Assembly (NCBI GenBank): GCA_004558975.1
Contig: SFZB01000003.1
Location: 1 to 61,629 of the forward strand
DNA: 61,629 nucleotides
Source of the DNA: a bacterium
Lineage (GTDB): Bacteria > Bacillota > Clostridia > Oscillospirales > CAG-272
Reading direction: 5' to 3'
Position numbers and translations under genes: made by a program. Of this stretch, positions 54,451 to 61,629 are shown piece by piece (the first letter of the stretch is position 1; every line of letters starts with the position of its first letter). The notes beneath the pieces are model-generated. The model saw only the letters and a list, made by a program, of their open reading frames with translations. It did not search any database and was not told the DNA's origin.

Positions 54451-55690
54451 CGATTACGCGCGTGCCCGGCAGGTGTACCCGCATCCGGGGCTCGCCCGGA
54501 TACAGGCATTACTGGACGAAGTCGGACACCCGGAACGCCGGCTCTCCTGCCTGCACATCGCGGGGACGAACGGCAAGGGCTCCGTTGCCGTGTTTCTCGA
54601 CGGTATCCTGCGTGCCGCGGGGTATCGGGTCGGCAGATACATGACCCCGGAACTCATCTCCCCCGGAGAGCGCGTGGCGATCGGGGGCGAGCCAATCCCC
54701 GACGCGACCCTGACGGAGCTGCTCCGCGCGCTGGAAGCGCCGTCGGAACGGGTACACGAAAGGCTCGGGGAGGTGCCGAGTCCTTTTGAGGTTTTCACCG
54801 TCGCGGCATTTCAGTATTTCGCCCGCGAGGGGTGCGATTATGTGGTACTGGAAGCGGGCATGGGCGGCGCGCTCGACGCGACGAACGTGATCGAAAGCCC
54901 GCTCGTCAGTATTCTGACACGCATTTCGCTCGACCACACGGCATACCTCGGTACGACCCTCACAGAGATTGCCCGGGCGAAGGCGGGCATCATCAAAGAG
55001 GCGTGCGTGACGCACAGGACTTTTTCCGCCCCGCAGTGTGAGGAAGTCGCGTCCGTCCTCCGGGAGGAGGCGGAAAAACGGGGCAACACGCTGACATTCG
55101 TCACGCCGCCGCCTCCCAAAAAGCACTACGGAATGTACGAGGCGTTCTTTTACCCCGGTTACGGAGATATCCGTTCGGGGCTCGCCGGTGTCCACCAGAT
55201 CGAGAACGCCTGTCTGGCGCTCGCCGTGGCGCAGGCGCTCGGCGTCGATATTTTCGCCGCGCAGTGCGGCGTGACGTATGCCCGCCATCCCGGCCGCATG
55301 GAGATTCTGCGCGAGCGTCCGCTCCTGCTCTTCGACGGGGGACACAATCCCGACGGCATCGCCATGCTCACGGCGTCGCTCGGGCGGTACCTCGGGGACG
55401 CGCCCCGCACCTGCATTTACGGCTGTATGGCGGACAAGGACTATCGGACATGCCTCCGCCGCCTTGCCGAAATGCCGGCTCGATTTATTTTTACGGAAGT
55501 TTCGGACAATCCGCGTGCGCTCCCGGCGGGGGCGCTGACGGAGACTGCCGCCGCACTCGGGATCCACGGCGAATGCCTGCCGCGCCTCGCGGACGCGATC
55601 GCGCGTGCCGACGGGATCGGGCTCCCGACCGTTATTGCGGGGTCACTGTATCTGTATGCGGATCTACCGACATCATTCAGGGGGATTTGA
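54437..55690 (+). CDS. folC: folylpolyglutamate synthase / dihydrofolate synthase
   Basis: Contains HIAGTNGKGSV (Mur-ligase P-loop). The candidate TTG start at 54437 lies 7 nt after GGGGAGGG and overlaps the folT stop. The start is uncertain; the track ORF begins at 54404. Confidence 0.85.
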   Translation: MGAFDDYARARQVYPHPGLARIQALLDEVGHPERRLSCLHIAGTNGKGSVAVFLDGILRAAGYRVGRYMTPELISPGERVAIGGEPIPDATLTELLRALEAPSERVHERLGEVPSPFEVFTVAAFQYFAREGCDYVVLEAGMGGALDATNVIESPLVSILTRISLDHTAYLGTTLTEIARAKAGIIKEACVTHRTFSAPQCEEVASVLREEAEKRGNTLTFVTPPPPKKHYGMYEAFFYPGYGDIRSGLAGVHQIENACLALAVAQALGVDIFAAQCGVTYARHPGRMEILRERPLLLFDGGHNPDGIAMLTASLGRYLGDAPRTCIYGCMADKDYRTCLRRLAEMPARFIFTEVSDNPRALPAGALTETAAALGIHGECLPRLADAIARADGIGLPTVIAGSLYLYADLPTSFRGI

Positions 55691-55693
55691 CAC

Positions 55694-56347
55694 ATGGTTG
55701 AGATCGTGCTGAACGTGCTGTCCGCCATCGGGGTCGTGGCATTCTCCGTCGCGGGGGCGCTCGTCGCCATCGATCACCGCGTCGATATGTTCGGCGTCGT
55801 GACGCTTGCGGCGATTACGTCGTTCGGCGGGGGGCTGACACGGGATCTGCTGATGGGGAAACTACCGCCGACGCTCTTTACGGACCGTTTTTACTTGGTT
55901 CTCGCGGGGGTTTCCGTCCTGACGGCGCTCGTCGTCTTTACGGTTGCACGGGTGTTCCAACAGAAGTTCGTCGAGAGAGAAAAACTGATTGATCGCATTA
56001 CAAACATCTTTGACGCGGTCGCGATCGGGGTGTTCGCCACCACCGGAGCAAAGACGGTCATGGATTTCACGGGTACCCCGGAGAACGCGTTTCTTGTCCT
56101 GACGCTCGGGTCGCTGACCGCCGTCGGCGGGAGCATCATCCGCGACGTACTGATCTGTGAGGTGCCGTTCGTCCTTAAGAAGCGTATTTATGTCCTTGCC
56201 GTCCTTGCGGGCGCGGGGCTGTATTACCTGCTTGTGCGCCTCGGCGCCGCGGAGATCCCGGCACTTGTCGCGGGGACGCTTCTGACCTTCGGGCTCCGCA
56301 TGATGGCGACCGTCTTCCGGTGGAACCTGCCGCGGGCATTACCGTGA
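55694..56347 (+). CDS. TRIC-family / UPF0126 (YadS-like) membrane channel protein
   Basis: 217 aa. The internal duplication carries conserved G-G-G..RD motifs (TSFGGGLTRDLL; AVGGSIIRDVL). Confidence 0.8.
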   Translation: MVEIVLNVLSAIGVVAFSVAGALVAIDHRVDMFGVVTLAAITSFGGGLTRDLLMGKLPPTLFTDRFYLVLAGVSVLTALVVFTVARVFQQKFVEREKLIDRITNIFDAVAIGVFATTGAKTVMDFTGTPENAFLVLTLGSLTAVGGSIIRDVLICEVPFVLKKRIYVLAVLAGAGLYYLLVRLGAAEIPALVAGTLLTFGLRMMATVFRWNLPRALP

Positions 56348-56405
56348 ACCACGGCACACCGCCCGGATGCAGTTCCGTTTGATCGACCGAATCCATGAAA
56401 AAAGC

Positions 56406-56434
56406 AGGCGGAGCCGGGAAAACCGGCTCCGCCT
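56406..56434. terminator. bidirectional intrinsic terminator (convergent gap)
   Basis: aggcggagccgg-gaaaa-ccggctccgcct, flanked by an A run upstream and ttgttat downstream. Confidence 0.75.
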
Positions 56435-56488
56435 TGTTATATGTAGGTGTATTTTTTTGCGTGCAAACGCCGCACGGCGCCCGGAAAC

Positions 56489-58930
56489 TCAAATCTTCTC
56501 GAGTTTCGCGTAGGTCGCCATGAGCTTTTTGACAGTCCCGTTATCGAACGCTACTTCGTAGAGAATATCGCCGCCCATATCGCGCGCGCTCCTGACCGTC
56601 CCGGTGCCGAAGGTCGCGTGTCGGACGCGGGTGTTGGGGCTGAATCGGGCGACGCCGAAGGAGGAGGCGCTCTTCGGCGCGGCGGGGGTATCCACCCGGC
56701 GGAAGAGTTCGCCCTCTCCGCGCCTCGGCGCGGGTGTTTCCCGCCGCGGCGACGGGGTCTGATACCCCTGTCCGTACCCGCCGCGCAGATACCCGCCCGC
56801 ACGGGGCGGTGCGAAGGAACGCGGCGGCGCGGCGACGTCGAGCAGTTCCGCCGGGATCTCGTTCTTGACGAAGCGGGAGAGCGGGTTGGCGCTTGTCCTG
56901 CCGTACAGCATACGCTCGCGTGTGTGCAGGATATAGAGCTCCTCTTTCGCACGGGTGATGGCGACATAGGCGAGCCGCCGCTCCTCGGACATCTCGGCGG
57001 GGGACTGGATCGACTGCGCCCCCGGGAAAATGTTTTCTTCCATGCCGGGTAGGAACACGACAGGGAACTCCAGCCCTTTGGCGGAGTGAATGGTCATGAG
57101 CACGACGCTGTCCGCTTCGGTGTCGTATTTGTCCACGTCGGAGACGAGCGCGACCTCTTCCATGAAGCCCGCGAGCGTCGGCTCTTCGGTGCGTGTCTCA
57201 TACTCGCTCGCCGCGGTAATAAATTCTTCGACGGCGCTGATACGCGGTTTTTCGACCTCGCCCCCGGCGACCAGCATATCGCGGTAGCCGCTGCGGATGA
57301 ACAGCCGTTCCAGCAGGGTGCTCGGCGTGAGTTCCCCCTTTTCCACTGCCTCTCGGATCTCGCTCATCATGTCGGTGAACTCGATGAGCTTCGGCGCAAT
57401 GCGGGCGAGGGCGGTGTACGCGTTGGCGTTTGCCATGATCTCGTACATGGAGCGACCTTCCGCCGTTGCGATCTCCGCGACCGCCTCGAGGGATTTATCC
57501 CCGATACCGCGGCGCGGTTCATTGATGACGCGGAGCAGACGCAGATTGTCCGCCGGGTTCATGATGATGTAGAGATAGGCGACCATGTCGCGGATTTCCT
57601 TACGGTCATAGAAACGCTGACCGCCGAGGATCCGGTGCGGGATACCGCTCTTGGCGAAGGCGGTCTCGAAGGCACGCGCCATTTCGTTGATGCGGTAGAG
57701 GACGGCGAAGTCGCGGTAGCGGCGGTGCTTCAGCACCATTTGCGCCGTGATGGTATCGATGACGGCGCGCGCCTCCGCGTTCTGATCCTCCGTCTCGCGC
57801 AGATGGATCTTTTCGCCCTCGCCGGCGTCGCACCACAGTTTCTTTTCGTGACGGTCGCTGTTGTGCGAGATGACCGCGTTCGCGGCGGCGAGAATGCACT
57901 TGGTCGAGCGGTAGTTCTGCTCCAGTTTGATGACGCGGCAGTCGGGGTAGGCTTTGTCGAACGAGAGGATGTTCTCCACCGTGGCGCCGCGGAAGCGGTA
58001 GATCGACTGATCGTCGTCACCGACGACCATGATGTTCCGGCTCCCGCCGGAGAGCAGTTCGGTCAGGCGGAACTGCGCCGGGTTGGTGTCCTGGTACTCG
58101 TCGACGAGTACATAGCGGAACTTGTTCTGATAGTAGGAGAGCGCTTCGGGGCAGGTCTCGAGCAGCTCGACAGTCTTCATAATGATGTCGTCGAAGTCGA
58201 GGGCGTTGCACGCCTGCAATTTTTTCTGGTATGCCTCGAATACCCGGCGGATATCCCGCGCACGGGGGGTGGAGGCGTCCGTGATGCTCTCGGGCCCCTG
58301 CAACTTGTCTTTCGCCGCGGAGATGGCGTTCGCCACCGTTTTCGGCGGGAGGATCTTGTCGCTGATGTTCAGATCCTTCAGAAGATCGACAATGACGCGT
58401 TTCTTGTCGTCCGTGTCATAAATGGTGAAGGAGGAGTCGAAGCCGATGCGGTCGGCGTACCGCCGCAAAAAGCGCACGCATACCGAGTGGAACGTACCGG
58501 CGACGATCTGGCTCGCTACGTCTTCGTCACCGAGCTCGGTGAGCAGGCGCTCACGGATCTCTTTTGCCGCTTTGTTGGTGAAGGTAATCGCGAGGATCGC
58601 CCACGGCGGGCAAGGACGGTCGATGAAGAGGGGGAGGATCTCCCGCTCGATCTGCTCCGGCGGCATGGCGGCGGCGGTTTCGAGAATTTCGACTTCTTCC
58701 TCGCGGACACCCGACGGGGCGGGTGCGTGGAACGCGTTCCCGTATTTGATGAGAAAGGCGGTGCGCCGGACGAGGACGGTCGTTTTTCCGCTCCCCGCCC
58801 CCGCGAGGACGAGCAGAGGCCCCTCGGTCTGAAAGACCGCCTCGCATTGCGGCGGGTTGAGCTGTGCGCCGTAGACTTTCAAAAACAGGTGTTGTTTGGC
58901 TTTGAGATACCGCTCTTCCAGTGTGGGCAT
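56489..58930 (-). CDS. pcrA: ATP-dependent DNA helicase PcrA/UvrD family
   Basis: 813 aa. Contains LAGAGSGKTTVL, VDEYQDTN and VGDDDQSIYRFRGA, plus a C-terminal Tudor-like tail. Confidence 0.9.
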   Translation of the reverse strand: MPTLEERYLKAKQHLFLKVYGAQLNPPQCEAVFQTEGPLLVLAGAGSGKTTVLVRRTAFLIKYGNAFHAPAPSGVREEEVEILETAAAMPPEQIEREILPLFIDRPCPPWAILAITFTNKAAKEIRERLLTELGDEDVASQIVAGTFHSVCVRFLRRYADRIGFDSSFTIYDTDDKKRVIVDLLKDLNISDKILPPKTVANAISAAKDKLQGPESITDASTPRARDIRRVFEAYQKKLQACNALDFDDIIMKTVELLETCPEALSYYQNKFRYVLVDEYQDTNPAQFRLTELLSGGSRNIMVVGDDDQSIYRFRGATVENILSFDKAYPDCRVIKLEQNYRSTKCILAAANAVISHNSDRHEKKLWCDAGEGEKIHLRETEDQNAEARAVIDTITAQMVLKHRRYRDFAVLYRINEMARAFETAFAKSGIPHRILGGQRFYDRKEIRDMVAYLYIIMNPADNLRLLRVINEPRRGIGDKSLEAVAEIATAEGRSMYEIMANANAYTALARIAPKLIEFTDMMSEIREAVEKGELTPSTLLERLFIRSGYRDMLVAGGEVEKPRISAVEEFITAASEYETRTEEPTLAGFMEEVALVSDVDKYDTEADSVVLMTIHSAKGLEFPVVFLPGMEENIFPGAQSIQSPAEMSEERRLAYVAITRAKEELYILHTRERMLYGRTSANPLSRFVKNEIPAELLDVAAPPRSFAPPRAGGYLRGGYGQGYQTPSPRRETPAPRRGEGELFRRVDTPAAPKSASSFGVARFSPNTRVRHATFGTGTVRSARDMGGDILYEVAFDNGTVKKLMATYAKLEKI

Positions 58931-59035
58931 GGGTCGACTTCCTTTTTGTTTTCTTATCCTCTATTGTAGCATACTATCGGTGAATCCGCAAGACGGCGGA
59001 GCGAGGATTCCGGAAGAAAAGTCAGAACGAACCCG

Positions 59036-59076
59036 AAAAACGCAGAAAAGGAAACAGCGCGGCATTGCCGCGCTGC
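59036..59076 (-). terminator. intrinsic terminator after the MutS-related gene
   Basis: The minus strand reads cagcgcggc-aatg-ccgcgctg, followed by tttccttttctgcgttttt. Confidence 0.65.
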
Positions 59077-59127
59077 TGTTCGCTTTGTCGGGGGCTGTTG
59101 ACGGTTTTCGACCCCTCCCGGCGAGGG

Positions 59128-60747
59128 TCAGTCCCCCTTTGGCTCCTTGTGTGTGAGGGCGCGGATACCGTCGAGCGAGAGCCCGTACTTTTCCGCGATG
59201 TCGCGGGCATAGGAGCGTCCGTCCGGACGGGCGCGCTTGATGAGGAAGGAGCGGCGCCCCTCTTCGATTCCCGCGACCAGCGTGTCGATTCTGACGCCGC
59301 CTTTGGCGCACGCGCGTTCATTGATTTCGGGGACGGCGGAGGCGAGTTCGTGCAGGTGGGTGGAGAAGATACCGCGACAGCCGACGACGGCGAAGCCGGT
59401 CAGGATCTCGGCGGCGATATACGACGCCTCGAAAGCGCCGGTCGAGGAGAGGGATTCATCGAGCAGGATCATGCTGTCGCCCGTGACCTCCTCGAAGATC
59501 TCGCGCAGGCGGGCGCACTCTTCGCCGAGCCGCCCCTTGTCGATGGTATCTTCCGCCCCTTCCGGAAAGTGGGTGAAAATGCCGTCTACGGGGGAGACGG
59601 TGAGCGATTCCGCCGCGACCCGCATACCAAGTGCGGTCATGGCTTGCGCCAGACCGACGGCGCAGGTGATGACCGATTTACCGCCGCGGTTAGGACCCGT
59701 CAGGACATAGATGCGTGCGCTGTCGTCGAATGTCAGGTCGTTCGCGACGACTTTTTCATCAATGCGCAGGGCGACGTCCGGGTTGTAGAGCCCGCGCGCG
59801 TCGAACGCCTTTTCCGCCATGGGGCGCAGGACGGGGGTAGTGAGCGGATAGCCCGCGTCGGTCAGGCGCTTTTCGAGGGCGGAGACGCGGGAGACAAATT
59901 CGATTTCGGGCAGGAGTTTCAGAAGAAAATCCGTGTTGTCGAGAACATAGTCACCGACGATGGCGCGCCACGCCTTGACGGAGGAGCGGAAAACGTCCTC
60001 GAGCGCCCCCTTGAAGGCGCCGGAGAGCGCCTCCTGCCGGTTCTCGGACTGCTTTTTGCCGAGCGGGGTGAGCGGCGCGATGCAGGTCATGGCATCGTTT
60101 TTGAAACTCATACGGAGAATCTTGTCGAGCAGTCGTCCGCTCTTGAAAGGTTCCGCGTTGAGGCTGATGACGCCCGCTTCCGTCGGACGGCAGGCGGCGT
60201 CGAGGTTGACCCCGACGGTCACGCTCTTCACCTCATGGACGTGCGACGAGAGATCCGCGAGGCGTGCTTTGAGAGATTGGTATCCGTCGCTCGCGGCAAG
60301 GTCGGTCATGCGGTCGGTCAGGGCGCGAAAAGCAGGGGAGAGCGATTCCGAGACGACGGCAGACAGCCCGCCCGCGAGTGTATCGACCGCCTGTACATAC
60401 AGTTCGATTTCCGTGATGGAGTAGAGGTAGGAATCCCCGGCGTTTGTCCCGGTGTCGCGGTCGAGGTGACGCAGTTCCCGGATGTCGCAGAGGATCGGCA
60501 CCACGCGTGCGAGCGTGTCGGAGAGGGCGGGGAGCCGCGCGAGGTCGGCGAGCGTCTCCTGTCGGTAGAGGATCACGTCCGGGTCGGCGGTGAAGTAGTC
60601 TGTGAGCCCGCCCGAGAGGGGCAGGAGATCCGAAAGCCCGAGTTCCTCGCAGACTTTTTCGGAGATGTTCGGCAGGTGTGCCTTATCCGTTCCCGCGAGG
60701 CGCGCCGCCTCGTTCGGCCACAGGAGACTGACCGATGACTGTTCCAT
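59128..60747 (-). CDS. MutS-related ATPase (MutS domain V only; no mismatch-binding or Smr domain seen)
   Basis: 539 aa. Contains TGPNRGGKSV...ILLDESLSSTG...STHLHEL, the MutS ATPase core. Confidence 0.8.
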   Translation of the reverse strand: MEQSSVSLLWPNEAARLAGTDKAHLPNISEKVCEELGLSDLLPLSGGLTDYFTADPDVILYRQETLADLARLPALSDTLARVVPILCDIRELRHLDRDTGTNAGDSYLYSITEIELYVQAVDTLAGGLSAVVSESLSPAFRALTDRMTDLAASDGYQSLKARLADLSSHVHEVKSVTVGVNLDAACRPTEAGVISLNAEPFKSGRLLDKILRMSFKNDAMTCIAPLTPLGKKQSENRQEALSGAFKGALEDVFRSSVKAWRAIVGDYVLDNTDFLLKLLPEIEFVSRVSALEKRLTDAGYPLTTPVLRPMAEKAFDARGLYNPDVALRIDEKVVANDLTFDDSARIYVLTGPNRGGKSVITCAVGLAQAMTALGMRVAAESLTVSPVDGIFTHFPEGAEDTIDKGRLGEECARLREIFEEVTGDSMILLDESLSSTGAFEASYIAAEILTGFAVVGCRGIFSTHLHELASAVPEINERACAKGGVRIDTLVAGIEEGRRSFLIKRARPDGRSYARDIAEKYGLSLDGIRALTHKEPKGD

Positions 60748-60809
60748 GCTTGGGTTCCTCCCCGTTGTTTGACGTCTGCGCCCGGACGCCGCCGGGCGTG
60801 CTTTTTATT

Positions 60810-60818
60810 ACTATAGCA
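60810..60818 (-). promoter_or_regulatory. extended -10 element (TGcTATAGT) for the MutS-related gene
   Basis: The minus strand reads ctgtgcTATAGT. -10 at 60810-60815, TG at 60817-60818. Confidence 0.45.
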
Positions 60819-60932
60819 CAGAACGCGCCCGCGTGCAAGAGCCCGCGGGCGCGCCCGATAGGAGACGTCTCAAATACGGTGGGTATCCGGCGACGAGGCT
60901 CGCGCCCCGGGCGGTGCGTCGCCACTTCGGCG

Positions 60933-61322
60933 TCAGGTCGCGTTCGGGTGCCGGCACCGCCGTTTCGGGGCGGTAAGGTCGAAACTGCGTTCGGTGAGGT
61001 CGCCAAGGAGGCTTTCCGGCAGGTCGGCATCCAGCGGGATTGTAATCCAATGAAGTTTGTTCATGTGGTAAGCGGGGCGGATGGCGGGGAAAGTCTCGCG
61101 GAGCGCGAAACCCTCCTCCGGTGTGCATTTGAGATTGACGACCCAGATGCGTTCCTCCCCGGCGCCGCCGATACGACAGGCGGGAATGCACATGAGGAGC
61201 CCGAACCATTTGCCGCCCTCGCCGTGCCGCAGGACGGTCGTCTCAAAGTCATTTTCAAAGGGCTTGTCCGTGTGCGCCCCGGGGAGGGCGGCGGCAAGCG
61301 CCAGATAGGTGTCGTAGGTCAT
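60933..61322 (-). CDS. MmcQ/YjbR-family protein
   Basis: 129 aa. Contains ...KPFENDFETTVLRHGEGGKWFGLLM...NLKC.PE....R..FP.I.PAYHMNK.HWITI, the YjbR-like pattern from memory. Confidence 0.7.
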   Translation of the reverse strand: MTYDTYLALAAALPGAHTDKPFENDFETTVLRHGEGGKWFGLLMCIPACRIGGAGEERIWVVNLKCTPEEGFALRETFPAIRPAYHMNKLHWITIPLDADLPESLLGDLTERSFDLTAPKRRCRHPNAT

Positions 61323-61469
61323 GGATTGCCTCCGGTCAGAGAACTTCGCGCGGGGACGGACGGTGCGGTGCCATGAAAGAAAAATGTTTCCAGGTCATGT
61401 CAAATAAAAAACTTTACAAAAGCGCCGACAGAAGATATACTTGAGGCAGAAACGAGGAGGGCAGTTGCC

Positions 61470-61629
61470 ATGAAACATCAGATGACAGGGAAAATGATTT
61501 GCGCATTTCTGCTGATCGTATTGCTGTTGTCTCTTGTCGCCTGCGGCGGTTATGAGGTGTCACTCGGGATCGGTGACGGTTCCAAAGAAAACGATGCTGT
61601 CCGTGTGGAGTATAAAAGATCGGAAGAGC
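61470..61629 (+). CDS. putative lipoprotein, N-terminal fragment (3' end outside window)
   Basis: RBS gaggaggg. Signal peptide MKHQMTGKMICAFLLIVLLLSLVAC with lipobox LVAC. The codon usage is noticeably AT-richer than the rest of the window. Confidence 0.6.
   Translation, partial: MKHQMTGKMICAFLLIVLLLSLVACGGYEVSLGIGDGSKENDAVRVEYKRSEE

Noticed and set aside
57086-60738. Two plus-strand ORFs: 627 aa (57086-58969) and 557 aa (59065-60738).
   Set aside because: They are antisense to pcrA and the MutS-related gene respectively. The helicase and MutS ATPase motifs are on the minus strand.
1-61629. Mobile elements, prophage, integrases, toxin-antitoxin pairs, restriction-modification or recognisable defence systems.
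   Set aside because: None of the supported ORFs shows transposase, integrase, phage structural, methyltransferase or known defence-system motifs. The window looks like conserved core chromosome.

Overview
This is a GC-rich window (roughly 60% or more by eye, not computed). It reads as ordinary core chromosome of an anaerobic Firmicute, probably a high-GC member of the Clostridia. That placement is an inference from gene content: rubrerythrin, a Re-citrate-synthase-type TCA branch, type III glutamine synthetase, and T-box and THF riboswitches.

I can support about 50 protein genes:
- Left edge: the end of rpoA, rplQ and a membrane protein of unknown function.
- Metabolic blocks: rubrerythrin; a citrate synthase-like/aconitase/isocitrate dehydrogenase operon; aroK; a complete agmatine deiminase cluster (ptcA-aguD-aguA-carbamate kinase).
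- Further genes: a BspA-type LRR protein; a Trp T-box in front of a lone trpB2; trkH-trkA; cysK-mnmA; an orphan MsmX-like ATPase; tex; serC.
- Envelope and transport: a polysaccharide deacetylase; an EIIC-like permease; a three-gene ABC-exporter operon.
- Also: glnN (type III GS); recA-recX; galK; miaA; a PfkB kinase.
- Unknown pair: a translationally coupled Cys-rich protein plus a membrane-spanning Rad50/SMC-like ATPase.
- Right half: the rimP-nusA-ylxR-ylxQ-infB operon; a coaW-CBS-oxidoreductase operon; a 64-aa Gln/Asn-only micro-ORF; THF riboswitch-folT-folC; a TRIC-family channel; pcrA; a MutS-related ATPase; yjbR.

I saw no rRNA, tRNA, CRISPR array, transposase, integrase or prophage signature. 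Many very long ORFs in the six-frame track lie antisense to well-supported genes and are GC3-bias artefacts.

The candidates most worth a second look are:
1. The zinc-module protein plus transmembrane SMC-like ATPase pair (42021-45192).
2. The Q/N micro-protein unit (53401-53638).
3. Perfect short tandem repeat arrays just upstream of two promoters and around a bidirectional terminator.

None of these is demonstrably a new system from sequence alone. All family assignments come from motif recognition by eye, not from searches.
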